Below, one piece after another: positions 26,911-61,702 of a DNA stretch of 64,000 bases (position 1 is the first letter of the stretch; each line of letters begins with the position of its first letter). The notes below the pieces were generated by a model. That model did no database searches, was not told the DNA's origin, and worked only from the letters and a program-made list of their open reading frames with translations. The stretch comes from the human T2T-CHM13v2.0 reference genome, Homo sapiens, in the NCBI RefSeq assembly GCF_009914755.1, contig NC_060937.1. The stretch is one strand, 5' to 3'. The position numbers and the translations under genes were made by a program.

Positions 26911-27200
26911 GGCCGGGCGTGGTGGCTCATGCCTGTAATCCCAGCTGAGGCAGGCAGATCACCTGAGGTCAGGAGTTCGAGACCAGCCTGGCCAACATGG
27001 CAAAACCCCATCTCTACTAAAAAATACAAAAATTAGCTGGGCATGGTGGCAGGCTCGAGTAATCCCAGGTACTAGCGTGCCGAGGCATGAGAATCACTTG
27101 AACCTGGGAAGCGGAGGTTGCAGTGAGCCGAGATCATGCCACTGCACTCCAGCCTGGGTGACAGAGTGAGACTCCGTATCAAAAACAAAAAACTAACAAA
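26911..27200 (+). mobile_element. AluS (small internal deletion after GTAATCCCAGC)
   Basis: Alu dimer; ACAACTG is repeated on both sides. Confidence 0.9.
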
Positions 27201-27650
27201 AATTGACAACTGGCTCTCTGGGGGAAAAAAAAGTATGCCTATGTACATGTACATATGCTTATGAATTGTACTAATGTAAAGAATATGTAGCATACAACTT
27301 ATAAATAGTAAAAATATAATATTCATATAGCTAATTGATTCTTACAGAACACTTCTGCTAATTTTTGCTGAAATTTTAAAATCTATAGCCAATCTACAGT
27401 TGCCATTGAGAAACAAATGTAGTTCTCACATGAATGTTAGTGGATATTTTGATTTAAGGCAATGAATGAGACTAAGTAAAATACCAAAGATGTATGTGGG
27501 AAATCACTTTTTGGTCATTGACTGGAATGCTGGAAGAATATTTCCTCAATTTTTTAACACTATTCACAATGCAATGGCCAGAGACATAACATATTTAAGA
27601 AGATTAATCTGCATTATTTACATTTTATCCATCACTTTCTTAAGTTTAAA

Positions 27651-27990
27651 CAAGGAACTGGAAAACTTTTCCTGTAAAGGGCCAGATAGTAAATATTTTA
27701 GGCTCTACAGGCCATATGGTCTCTATCTCAACTATCTCTGTCTATACAATTCTGCCTCTGTAGCACACAAGCAACCCACAGACAGTATGTAAACCAATGA
27801 GCGTGACTGTATTCCAACAAAACTTTATTTATGAACACTGAAATTTGAATTTCATATAGTTTTCATAAAATATTATTCTTCTTTGAATTTTTTTCAACAA
27901 TTAAAAAATATAAAAGCCACTTTAGCTCATAAGCCATACAAAAATGGGCAATGGGCTAGATTTGTTTTATGTGTTACAGTTTGCCATGTT
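27651..27990. mobile_element. MER58-type hAT-Charlie element
   Basis: AAACTTTTCCTGTAAAGGGCCAGATAGTAAATATTTTAGGC is the MER58 signature; GAAATTTGAATTTCATATA also occurs. Confidence 0.8.
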
Positions 27991-28276
27991 CTCGTCTAAT
28001 CAATCAACAAAACAATAAATAAATTCATAGCAGTTATCAACTTCTGTGATATAAATATTCTCACCATGGCTGATTTCAAGCTCTCAATGTGACATCATTG
28101 AATGCTGTGGAGAGATGTGGAGTAGCACGTCATTATACAGTATTTCCACCCTATGGATATAATAGATAAGAATAACCTCAAGAACATAGATAATATTAAA
28201 ATGTAGTAAAAATAATTAAAATTATGAGTGTTGAGCATTTATTACCTTATTTCTAGTATAACTTAATTATTTGTAA

Positions 28277-28663
<387 letters not shown>

Positions 28664-29429
28664 TAACAATTGACTCCTGAGAGTTAGTACAGGTTGTCTC
28701 CACCAAATCACAAAACTTTGCGCTTTTCTAGAGCATATTGCAGCACTTGACTCTGAGATTCCCACAGCAACACTAACTCTTCATCCACAGACATAGAATT
28801 GCCCTCTGGAGCTACCCACAAAGAGTGCCAGAGATCTTAGGCCCTAAGTCATCTCAGAAGCTTTTGCTATCTCTGTCTTCCACACAAAAGTGGGATGAGA
28901 AGGAGACCTTTATTGCCACAGGAACAAATAACAGTGGCGATATCTAGCATTTCTGGAGTGTTTACTCTGGGCCAGGTACTGTTTTAATCTTTTACTTATA
29001 CCAGCTCATTTGATTGTGATTCATCCCCAAGAGTAACTTTCCATCATCATCATTTTACATTTAAGGATATTGAGAAACAGAGATGTGAGGCTGCTTGTCC
29101 ACTCACACATGTAAACAGTAGAGTTCCAACCTCCCTAAACACTAGGTTGTGTGTACTTGAGGAGATAAGTACCTCTATTTTATTATTTACTTATTTATGT
29201 ACCCACTAACAGATTATCAACTAAATTCAATATATCCCAAACTGGGCCATCATCTTTCCTCCCAAACCTCCTTTTCCTCTGTTTTTTTGTTTTGTTTTGT
29301 TTTGTTTTGTTTGTTTGCTCTTGTTAATGACACCAGTACTATACTAGACACCCTGGGATCTTGGACTCTTTCCTTGTCTTTATTCCAAGCAGTTGCCAAT
29401 ACCGTTAACTCAACTTTTAATACTTCTTT

Positions 29430-30200
<771 letters not shown>

Positions 30201-30221
30201 ATATACAACACTTTTGAAATC

Positions 30222-33535
<3,314 letters not shown>

Positions 33536-34964
33536 TTTTTTTTTGTTGTGTAGGAGAAACTCATCTTAAACTTAACTTGAGTGACAATATGAAGTTGTGC
33601 AAAGAGCTCTGAGAACTTGTGCCAATTCCTTAAGCTTTTTGAGTCTCAGTTTCTTCAACTTTAAAATAGAAATAATTGTGCTTTCCTTACAGTGTTGTTC
33701 TGAGCACTTAATGAGATAATATACATTAAGCTGTCTGACACATAGTCAGTGTTTGGTAAGTGCTGGTTTCTTTGCCTTCTTAAGCAAGCACAAACTTACA
33801 TTGCATCCATCAGTCCCACTTGTCATTGCCAGTATATTAATATCACTGCGCTGACCAGTACTAATCAATTTTCTAGGACAGCTCTATATTTCTTCCTAGT
33901 ATCCATTACTGTTGCAGTAAGTCTGGCAAACCTAATCATAATATATGAAAAAATGCAATTGTTAACCTGAAAAAAGTGAAAATCCAGACTCTTTATCCTG
34001 CATACATTTTCAGAATCTGGTTTTAAATCCCAGGTAAGTAGCTTGAAGCTCACATCCCTGAAGAAAAGAGACGTCTACCTCTGCCACGTTGCCCAACTTG
34101 AGGGGTGCAATTCACATCGTATAGTATCCTATGCTGTACACCAGAGATACAAGGTAAATGGTGACACTGGAGTTGTGCAGTGCTGCAATGTTGGACAACT
34201 TGCTGCTGCTCTCATTTTTACACGATTGATTGGGAAGTAGGATATGGAAGGAGGGAGCGATTAAGTTACACTTTGTTCTCCATTTTAGGCAAGACCAACA
34301 TCCTAGGTTTTGAGGTCTTTAAATATTGCAGAGAAATTATCAAAGAAGTAAAAGATTGTAAGTGCTATAGATAATGGCCAAAATTATTTTCAGAACAGAT
34401 GTTTTCATTATAATATAGCAATCATAATACTAACCAAGGATTTCTGAACAAATTCCTATCAATGGGAGGATAGAGTTGTTATTGCCATCATGCTCTATGG
34501 GGTAATCACAGAGCGTGACAGCAATCTACTTGTCTTTCCCACAAAAGGGCTTATATATCCAGAGAAGGCGAGCTCTTCAGTATGGGAAGATGAGGGTTGT
34601 GAATCTTAACTACTCAATGTAGTGCAAGTAATTTTAGATCCCAAGATAACCTAACTATAAAGTGATGGTGGTGTTTATTATCTTAATCTGTTGGTGTGTG
34701 AATATTATTATTCATAAACTTAATACTGATATCTTGGGACTGCAGCAGGGTTCCAGGACCTCATTTCTTAATGTCTTCTTTACTGCTATAAATCTCAAAA
34801 CAAATACAATAATCACAAGGAAGCATCAGCAGCTGGGATAGTTAAACACTACTTACCTTCACTATATAGAAAAGATAAGTGCTCTTCATTGCAAAAGAAT
34901 CCTTTACGGGTAAATGTTTTGTGGTAGAAATGTTCTTTCTGACAAAATTAGCTCTTTTGGAACA

Positions 34965-37817
34965 TTGATACATAATATATGTACACATTTTTGGGGTACA
35001 TGTGATAATTTAATACATTCATATAATGTGTAAAGATCAAGTTAGACTAGTTGCTCTTAAATTTTTGTCTTTTCTTTACACTAGAATTTGAATTATTCTT
35101 TTGTTTGAAATGTACAACAGGTTGTTGTAAACTATAGTCACCTTACTGATCTATCGAACACTAGGCCTTATTTATTCTATCTGACTGTATATTTGTAACC
35201 CTTAATCAACCTCTCTTCACCCCCATCCACCTCCCCTACACTTCCTGTCCTCTAGTAACCACCAGTCTACTCTCTATCTTCATGAGATGTACTTTTTTTT
35301 AGCTCCCACATGTGACAACATGCAATATTTGTCATTCTGTGCTCAGCTTATTTCACTTGACACCAGGACCCCCAGATCCATCCATATGGTTGCAGATGAA
35401 AGGATTTTATTCTTTTTATGGCAGAATAATATTCAATTGTGTATAAATACCACTTTTCCTTTATGCATTCACCCACTGATGGACACATAAGTTGATTCTG
35501 TATCTTGGCTGTTGTGAATGGTGCTGTAATAAACATGAAAGTGCAGATATTTCTTCAATATACTGATTTTCTTCCTCTGGGATATATACCCAGCAGTGGA
35601 ATTACTGGATCATATGGTAGTTCTATTTTTAGTTTTGGAAGGAACCTCCATACAGTTTTCTGTAGTGGTTGTACTACTTTACATTCTCACCACAGAATAA
35701 AAGTGGTTCCCTTGCTCTGCATTCTCATAGCATTTGTTATTTTCTGTCTTTTTGATAATAGCCATTTTAACTGGAGTGAGATAATATCTCACTGTAGTTT
35801 TGATTTGCATCTCCCTGATGAATAGCAATATTGAACATCTTTTTCATATACCTATTGTCCATTTATATGTCTTCTTTTGAGAAATGTCTATTCAGATCTT
35901 TGCCCATTTAAAAATAAAATTATTATTTTTGCTATTGAATTGTTTGAGTGCCTTATGTATTCTGGTTATTAATCCCTCACCAGTTAAATAGTTTGCAAAT
36001 ATGTTCTTCCATTCTGTAAGCTGTCTCTTCACTTTGTTGTTTCCTTGACTGTTCAGAAGCTTATTAACTTGATGTAATCCCATTTGTTCATTTTTGCTTT
36101 GGTTGCTTGTGCTTTAGAGGTATTACTCCAGAAATCTTTGCCCCAGCCAGTGTCCTGAGGTGTTTCCCAATGATTTATCCTAGTAGTTTTAGAGTTTCTG
36201 GTCTTAGATTTAAGTTGTTAATCCATTTTGATTTGATTTTTGTATATGGTTAGAGATAGGGGTATAGTTTCATTCTTCTGCCTATGGATATCCAATATTC
36301 CCAGCACCATTTATTGAAGAAACTGTCTTTTCCCCATTGTAGGTTCTGGACTCCTTTGTCCCAAATGAGTTGGCTATAAATGTGTGGATTTATATAAGGA
36401 TCTCTATTCCGTTCCATTTGTCTGTATGTCTGTTTTTATGCCAGTACCATGCTGTTTTGGCTACTACAGCTTTGTAGTATAATTTGAAGTCATGTAATGT
36501 GATGTCTTCAGCTCGGAGCTTTTCCTCAAGAAGGCTTTGCCTGTCCTGAGTCTTTTGTGGTTCTATATTTCCAAATTTTAGAATTTTTTGTGTGTGAGTG
36601 TGAAGAATGTCATTTGTATTTTGATAGAGATTGCACTGAGACTGTAGGTTGCTTTGGGTAGCACGAACACTTTGCCAATATTGACTTTTCTAGTCTGCAA
36701 ACATAGAATACTCTTCCAATTTTTTGTGTCCTCTTCAATTTGTTTCATCAATGTATTATATTTGACATTGTAGAGATCTTTCACTTGTTTGGTTAGTTTT
36801 ATTCCTAAGTATTTTTTGTAGCTATTGTAAATGAAATAACTTTCTTTTTTTCAGATTTTTTTTGTTGTCATGTAGAGATGCTATAGCTTTTTGTATGTTG
36901 ATTTTGTATCCTGTAACTTTACTGAACTTATTAAACAGTTTTAACAGTTTTTTTTTTTCGGTAGAGTCTTTAAGTTTGTCTAAATATAAGATTATATTGT
37001 CTGCAAACAAGGAACATTTGACTTCTTTCCAACTTGGATGCCTTTTATTTCTTTCTCGTGTCTAATTGGTCTAGCTAGGATTTACAGTACTATGTTAAAT
37101 AAAAATAGTGAAAGCAGACATCCTTGTCTTGTTCCAGATTTTAGAAAAGAGACTTTTCATTTTCCCCCATGCAGTATGATGCTAGGTGTGGGCTTGCCAT
37201 ATATTGCCTTCATTGTATTGAGATAAGTTCTTTTTATAACCAGTTTCTTGATGGTTTTTATCATGAAGGGATGTTGAATTTTATGGAATGCTTTTTCAGC
37301 ATCTATTGAAATGATCATACAGTTTTTGCCCTTGGTTTTATTGATGTGATATATAACATTTATTTATTTGCATGTTTTGAACCATCCTTGCATCCCTGGG
37401 ATGAATCCTACTTGATCATAATGAGCGATTTTTAAATGTGTTGCTTAATTCAGTTTGCTAGTGTTTTGTTGAGAATTTTTTATCTATGTTCCTCAGTGCT
37501 TTTGTCCTGTAGTATTCTTTGTTTCTTTTTAGTTATGTCTTTGTCTGGTTTTGATAGAAGGTAATGCTGGCCTCATAGAATAAGTTTGGAAGTATTCCCT
37601 CTTCTTTAACTTTTTGAAGAGTTTCAGTATAATTGGTATCAGTTCTTTAAATGTTTGGTAGAATTCAGCAATGAAGAAAGTATGTCCCGGCCTTTTTTGA
37701 AAACCTTTTATTTAGCAGACTTTAGTTCTGTTAGGCGTGGGCTTTTCTTTGATGGGAGAGTTTTTATTACTATCTCATTACTTATTATGAGTATGTTCTG
37801 GTTTTCTATTTCTTTAT
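34965..37817 (-). mobile_element. Old L1MA-type element, 3' part (host of the full-length L1PA)
   Basis: L1MA-type 3' end TTGATACATAAT..GGGGTACATGTGATA and degenerate ORF2 (MFADNIILYL). It resumes at 43959. Confidence 0.88.
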
Positions 37818-46394
<8,577 letters not shown>

Positions 46395-48194
46395 TGAAGG
46401 ATGAATAGGGGTTATCCAGGCCAGGAATGTGGGATTAGAGGAAGCATACCTAGGTGGCATAAATAATTTGGATGCCAAGCCTTACTTGGCTAAGTTTAAG
46501 AACCTTAAAGTTGTTCTGTTTGGCTGGAGAAGAGAGGCAAGAATTAAGGCCACTGATCTAGGCAGATGCCAAATGGAAAAATATTTTGAATTTATGTTAA
46601 AGAATTTGGACTTTATCTTGAGGACTGTGCATAATTTTAAACTGGATATTGACATGATTGCATTTGTCTAGAAACTTCATCCAGGCTACAGAATGGATTG
46701 GGTGGTCTGGGATTAAAGCTGACGTTACTTACTGTAGCATTTTCATACACAAAGTGAGAAAGGAGAAAAATGAAAAATATGTGAAGTTTGGTCTCCTCTG
46801 TCAGTGACTATTGTCTGTAATCTTGACCCAAGATTATGAAATTTATTCTTACGAGCATGGGATTCTGATTCTCAATGTCCACAGGAAAGTTTAAAAATAT
46901 TCTACCTGGATATAAAGTAAATGGCTGCTCAAATTTCTGTCTGCTCATTATCCTACCCTGGAGCTTGAAAGGAAGCCACTTTCTAACACACGTAACAATT
47001 GTATAATTCAGTACCAAGAATTGTGGAGAAAAAACACCAGAGAATTATAGTGATTCAATTTAAAATCTACTGAAAGCTTTGGTTAAGGCTTATGTGGCTG
47101 TACAGAGAAATTGCATGAGGTAAGAAAGCCGTTGTCATGGCCACAGGACAGTTTGTATTTTGATAAAATTAAAATGCCCTCTCAGGAAGGTTCTATCATT
47201 CTCTGGAATAACTTTTTAGAGCTTGAGGTAAAGGAAAGGCAAGACATATGTGTGATAAGGCATTACATCCAGGTGATACGCAGAGTCTAGCTTGTATTCC
47301 AGGAGCTTCAAATTCTTGTTTTCTTTTCGTTTTTCACCACAGGCAGCATCAGAGTAAAATTGATCTAATTTCACAAACTGCACTTCTGGTAAATTTTAAA
47401 AGAACTTAAAACATCATCATTGAAAATGATACAATAAAAGGGGACATCTGCACATACCTTTTGTTCTAAGAATCTGAAATAGTAAGCAATCCAGTAGCAT
47501 TCCAGGTAATAGAATCTATGTGGGATTGCAGTTGTTCAATATGCATAATTAATTAAATGCTAATTCTAATCATCATACTGCCAGATATAAATACCATCTG
47601 GGAAGGGTTGTCTTATGATAAAACTAACAGTGCAAACATTGTAACACTATTCAAAGGCAGAAGAAGCCATTCTGTAGTTTTGCTAAAAATAGGGTGCTTA
47701 TAGTGTAAAAGGAAATTAGACGTGCATGTTCTGTCCACCAAAGGTGACCATTCATTCCATTCCAAATAGGAACACTCACTGCCAAACCACCCCTTTAAGA
47801 TAAAAGGAGCTTGAGTTGAGGAAGTATAAGAAATTGATAGGTTTTCTGTTATTTGTACAAATGATTCTTCTTTTCTTTCATGCAGTTGTACGACTCTAAT
47901 TAAATAAATAAGAAACTAGTGAAATAAACTTTAACAGAAGGTCTAAACATAAGCAAATGTTGCATTCTGCAATATTTAATACATGCTTCTTAAAGCTGAT
48001 ATATGTACACATACATATGCACACACACACACACTTAATCTTTCTCAAGAAACAGGTTGTTTTCAGTTGCATTTTGAGAAGTGTATTATTGCTTTGCTCC
48101 ATTACTTTTAGTTTCTTATTCTGTGTAGAACTATTTAAATAGGAAGAAATATACTCTTCAAATCATTCTGGTTTAAAAATTGTGGCTTAGAAGC

Positions 48195-50560
48195 AAGCTG
48201 GCTTCACTTCCCCCACAGAAAATGAATATATATATATATACCCAGTATTGAGATCATCACTAGCAATATCCCAGAACTCAAGTATAAAGATGAGATAGCT
48301 CCTGGGTCCACAATGAAGTTAAAAAACTTTAATTCGACAGTAAGAGAATTGGATTTCCCATATCTGTGACACCACTCCCCCATCCCCAATCTGCCCAGCA
48401 TCAAGTATGTGGAAAATTTCCCCGACTCAAGATTTTGACACTTTGAAAAGTGAAAGCGAGGTGGACGATCAGCTTCCCCACCATCTTGGGTTCCCTGGCA
48501 GGAAAGCTGTCTCTTCTTCAATCCATAGGAAATATTATGAGTGCCTAAAAGGAGAAGTATTCCTGAAGACAGGCAGAGTCAAAAGGAGGAGGCAAGACTC
48601 CCATCCCCAGCCCTGGAAATTCTGCTCTGTAACTCAACCAAAAGAGACACCAAATCAGAGTGGCTGTTCAGTAGCCATGCTGTAAAAGGTATGTTCCACA
48701 GTTCCTCTGGACACAAACCCTTAACTAGCCATCCCACACTACTGGAATATCCGTTTAAGCTACCCCCCATGTGAGGTGGGCAGTGCTCCAATCATTTACT
48801 AGAACTGAGTCAAATCACTAAGTTGCTGTCTCCTTTTTAGGAAAGACTGCAGCAGCAGCATCATTTTTCCTCACTTAGTGGGGGAAAATATTTAACAGGT
48901 AAATTATAAAGAATCTCTGAGCAAACAGACCCAATGAAAATGAAAGCAAGCAAGACAGAGAAAACTGGAATAAATAACTAAAACTTCAATGCGAAAATAT
49001 AAAAGTATGTATGCAAGAAACAAAAGCAAACAAAATCATGACCTCACAAAACAAGAAACCAGTGATTGGCTGTGACAAGATGATGCTACATGAGTTCTCT
49101 GACCAAGAATTCATAATAACAATTTTAAAGGAAACTCAGTGATCAAGATAACATGAAAAGGCAATTCATAAATTTATTACATATTAGCATTATAAATTTA
49201 ACAAAGAGATTGAAGTAATAAAAACAAATCAATAGAAATCATGGATCTGAGAAATACATTTGCCAAACTGAAAAATTTAATTGAGGCTCTCAACAGCAGA
49301 ACAGATCAAGCAGAGAAAAGAATAAGTGAGATCTAAGACAAGCTATTTGAAAATACATAGAGAAGAAAAAAGAAAAAAGAATGAGAAGGAATGACAATTG
49401 CCTACACAATATAGAAAATTACTTCAAAAGGTCAAATTTCAGGATTATTAGTGTTTAATAAGGAGTTGAGCAAGAGCAAGGAGTAGAAATATTATTCAAA
49501 GAAATAATAACAGAAAACTTTCCAAAACTTGAGGAAGATGTAAATATCCATATAGGAAGGTCAGAGAACTCCAAACAGATCCAACCCAAATAGGACAACC
49601 AAGGCATATAATAATCAAGCTTTCAAAAATCAAAGACAAAGACAGTATCCTAAAAAAGCAATGGAAAAGAAGCAAATAACATATAAAGGGGCTCCAATTC
49701 TTCTGGCAACAGGCTTTACAAAGGAAACCATATTAGTCAGGGGGAATAAGATGCCATTTTGCAAGTGTTGAAAAAGAAAAAAACCCTGCTATTTAAGAAT
49801 ACTGTATCCAGCAAAACTATTCTTCAAATGTGAAGGAGAGATAAGGTGTTTCCCCAGACAAACAAAAGCTGAGATAATTTAATCACCGCTACTACCAGAC
49901 CTTTCTTATAAGAAATGCTAAAGGAAGTTCTTCAGTCTGAAAAAAACAACACTAATGTGCAAAAAGAAAACATGTGAAGGTATAAAACCTACTGGTAAAA
50001 GTAAATACATGGACAAACCCAGATTTCTCTAGTACTGTAATTGTGACTGCAATCCACTCATAACTTTAGTATGAAGTCTAAAAAACAAATCTATCAAATC
50101 TAATGATAGCTATGCAATCTTGTAAGACACAGACAATATAAAAATATGTAAACTGAGATGACAAAAAGTCAAAATGTGGGTAGGATGAATTTAAAGTGTA
50201 GAGGTTTTTTAGTTTTCTCTTTGTTGGCTTCTGTTCTTTGTGATCTAAGATACGTTGTCATCTCTTTAAAATAACTTGTTATATCTATAAGATTTTTTTG
50301 GTAAGCTTCATGGTAACCACAACACAAAAACCTATAATAGATTCACTAAAAATAAAAAGCAATGAATTAAAACATACTACCAGTGAAAATAAATTAACCA
50401 CAAAGGAAGGCAGTGAGAAAGAAAGAAAGGAATAGAGGAAGTTACAAGCAACCAGAAAACGGGCAACAAAGTGAGGGTGGTAAGCCCTTATTTATCAGTG
50501 TTAATGCTGAATGTAAATGGACTCAATTTTCCAATTAAAAGACACAGAGTGGCTGAATGG
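48195..50560 (+). mobile_element. Old L1M 5' UTR/ORF1/start of ORF2, + strand, ending in a (GAAG)n microsatellite
   Basis: A-rich ORF1-like sequence (AAGAATACTGTATCCAGCAAAACT), then the EN start SPYLSVLMLNVNGLNFPIKRHRVAEW at 50471. Confidence 0.8.
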
Positions 50561-50561
50561 A

Positions 50562-50650
50562 GAAGGAAGGAAGGAAGGAAGGAAGGAAGGAAGGAAGGAA
50601 GGAAGGAAGGAAGGAAGGAAGGAAGGAAGGAAAAAGAAAGAAAGAGAGAG
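50562..50650. repeat. (GAAG)n microsatellite
   Basis: Direct tetranucleotide repeat. Confidence 0.95.
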
Positions 50651-51106
50651 AGGCCACAACTCCTAATTGCACTTCCTCCAACCTTTCTCCCAACCACAAA
50701 TCTCATCTCCTTAAATAGCACCAACACCATCCAGCTGCTCAAACAAATTTTAGAAGTCATCCTCAATTCCTCTGCATTTCTTGCACAGTGAGCATGTTCT
50801 GCTCATCTCCTCCTGCTTGCCCTTCAAGTCAGCCTGCTCCTCCCCCTAGCCTGTGCTCCCACCACCAGCTCTCATTTGAATAACTATAAAATCCTCCAGC
50901 GTGCTCTATCTGCTTCAACTCTGTCCCCTGAAAGTGTTCAGTTTTGGTTTAGCTTCAAACATTAGAAATTTAATATTCCAAAGGATTCTAAAAACGGATT
51001 AAATGTGCCAACAAGAAGGAATTTTAATATGCATGCCATACCAGAAATAAATTGCTTTTCAATAAGATATAATCTCCAATAAAGTGCTTTTTCTTATGTC
51101 TGGCTA

Positions 51107-55658
<4,552 letters not shown>

Positions 55659-55671
55659 TTTTTTTTAAGGT

Positions 55672-55687
55672 GGCTCTGCAAAGAGCC
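55672..55687 (-). other. Histone 3'-UTR stem-loop (displaced 3' end of the H2A retrocopy)
   Basis: The minus strand reads AAACCAAA-GGCTCT-TTGC-AGAGCC-ACC, versus the metazoan consensus CCAAA-GGYYYT-TYTM-ARRRCC-ACCCA. It is followed by TT and A8. Confidence 0.92.
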
Positions 55688-55714
55688 TTTGGTTTATAAG
55701 GCAGTGTTATTGTT

Positions 55715-59552
<3,838 letters not shown>

Positions 59553-59575
59553 AAGGCAGTGTTATTATTAATACT

Positions 59576-59968
59576 TTACTTTTCCTTTACCTTGAGGTGA
59601 CTCTCAGTCTTCTTGGGCAGCATCTTGGCCTGGATGTTGGGCAAGACAGTCACCTGTGTGATAATGACTTTACCCAGCAACTTGTTGACATCTTCATTAT
59701 TGCAACTGGCCAGCTGCAGGTGGTGCAGGATGATACATGTCTTCTTGTTGTCACAGGTCCCATTGCCTGCCAACTCCAGAATCTGAGTAATCAGGCACTC
59801 CAACACCACTACTAAGCACAGTGGCATATCAGCCCTTACTTTCTCATAGTAATTGCCCTTGAAGAGCAGGAGGTGCACACAACCTGTCAAGAACTGCAGA
59901 CTAACCCAGGAGGGCTGGGTCTTGGCCTCAGTGCAAGCCTTGCTGCTCTGCTTGCCACATCCAGACAT
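59576..59968 (-). pseudogene. Replication-dependent histone H2A pseudogene (retrocopy), open 130-codon frame
   Basis: MSGCGKQ...LQF...KGNY...ILELAGN...DNKKT...LGKV...[15 protein letters not shown] aligns without gaps to canonical H2A. My count is about 49/130 differences from the remembered sequence. It is probably the annotated chr13 H2A pseudogene; I could not verify the symbol. Confidence 0.93.
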
Positions 59969-60009
59969 AGTGGAGGGGAGTAATTGTCAGCATGAGTATA
60001 GCCTAAACA

Positions 60010-60340
60010 TAAACTTACCTAAACAAATGATCAAAGTTAAAATATGGCAAAATGTAAAACAAACTCAAATTGAAGGATATTCTACAAAATGACCTGCCTA
60101 CAACCTTAAAATTCATGAAAATGAGGAAAGACTGAGGAAATGAGGAAAGACTGAAAGTCTCTTTCAGTTCCACACTGAAAGAGACTAGAGAGACGAGGCA
60201 ACTGGGTTCAAAGGATCCTGGATTGGATCCTTTAGCTATGAAAGACATTATTGAAATATTGGGGGAAATCTGAGTGGGATTTTGGAGTGTAGTGTATTCA
60301 GTTATTTATACTCTTCATTATACTATTCTTTAAGTTGACA
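60010..60340 (+). mobile_element. Ancient L1 (L1ME/MC-like) 3'-end fragment
   Basis: AAACTCAAATTGAAGGATATTCTACAAAAT...GAAAGACTGAGGAA...GGATCCTGGATTGGATCC resembles old L1M 3' UTRs. Confidence 0.6.
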
Positions 60341-60899
60341 TTGTTTACAATTTTAAAGAAAAAGAAAAACTTATGTCTTAAGAGAGTATGTTTGAGGTTG
60401 GCACATAATAGGTAAGAAATGTTTCCTATTTAATGACATAGCAGAATCAAAAAAGGTTGATTTGGAGTGCTCTAAATCATTCAAGCTTCCTAAAAACATT
60501 GACTGTGGCAAAATCTGACCTGAGCTGCTTTATCTTTTTGAGAATGGGGACAGATTGTGACAAAGAGATTTACCTTTGCAGCCAAGACCAATGAGAATAG
60601 AATTGACCTGAAATTCTAGTATAGGAATTTTTCTATATAGAAAACCAAGAGAAGCTCAATTTTCTAGTAAAAACAAGAAGATGAAAATATGATCATGTTA
60701 TAAAACTTAACAAACAATGTGTTATAATTGCTTTGCAAATTTAGGAAAGACTTGGTTCTCTACTGTGTAAGCTGTTCAATAAATTTGTATAATATGGTCA
60801 TTAAAACTGTGGCTTATAAAACCCAACATAACTTTAAAAAATGTTTATGAAAATATTGTATAACTCTAATCATTAATAAAAGGAAATAAGGACAGCTCT

Positions 60900-61200
60900 C
60901 ATAACCAGCTTCCACAAAGCTGACTCACTAGATTAAAGGGTCCCCTCCATTCCCCTTGTAACTCACACTAGTTGATGCTCTTGGAGGACTGACATGCTGG
61001 TCATTCATGAGTGGAAACAGAGCCTTTAAAAAAACGCAGTTGAACTTGATGGCAGATTCATGAGATGGTTCTTAAGGCTTCCACTCAGCAGCAGCACATG
61101 TTCCTTACTCTCACATTTTATTAGCCAAAGCAAGTTACAGGAAAGTCACATGTCAGTATAAGGGGTGATAGTATGATCCTTCCATAGACAAGGGCAGGGC
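60900..61200. mobile_element. MLT1-like (MaLR) LTR fragment
   Basis: CTCACATTTTATTAGCCAAAGCAAGTTACA..TATGATCCTTCC resembles MLT1 LTR motifs. Confidence 0.5.
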
Positions 61201-61410
61201 AGGGCAGGGAGTGGGACATAGAATGGCACCCCAGTTTCCAGGGGAATCTCTGGAAAATCCTGAAGACCCCTGATACAAACCTTTCTTTCTTAATCTGATC
61301 TGTCCAGAGACTCTAGGGCTGACATTCATGCCCTGGAAGAGGACAAAGCTGCATTTTTCCCAGGGCCTAAGAGGATGGGCTCAGTAAGGAAGGGCAGCAA
61401 CGATGTTAGA

Positions 61411-61485
61411 AAATAGTGTGATTAAATAGTGTAATTAAAATTAAATAGTGTAATAAAATAGCGTAATTAAAATAGTGTAATATAA
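61411..61485. repeat. AT-rich minisatellite (AAATAGTGTAATT)n, about 5 copies
   Basis: AAATAG(T/C)GT recurs five times with 13-19 bp spacing. Confidence 0.85.
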
Positions 61486-61577
61486 ATTGAGAACAAGTTG
61501 CCTCTTTCCAGCTTAAAAATTTATATGCTTTCCACTACATCATTTTCCTGCCATCCTTCAGTTGGGTTTAAAGTAAA

Positions 61578-61580
<3 letters not shown>

Positions 61581-61617
<37 letters not shown>

Positions 61618-61702
61618 ACACACACACACACACACACATATATACATATATATATACACACATATATATATACATATATATATATAGTGTATATATACAC
61701 AC
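61581..61702. repeat. Compound (TA)n(CA)n microsatellite
   Basis: Direct dinucleotide repeats. Confidence 0.95.

Noticed and set aside
59985-60025. TSD or promoter for the H2A copy; minus-strand donor AG/GTAAGT at about 60013-60020
   Set aside because: There is no convincing match to either candidate left flank and no histone TATA/CCAAT. A donor upstream of the ATG would not bring the CDS into a spliced mRNA.
61411-61485. Short direct repeats as a CRISPR-like array (also 6069-6140 and 26416-26466)
   Set aside because: This is eukaryotic DNA with 2-5 copies, no unique spacers of regular length and no cas genes.
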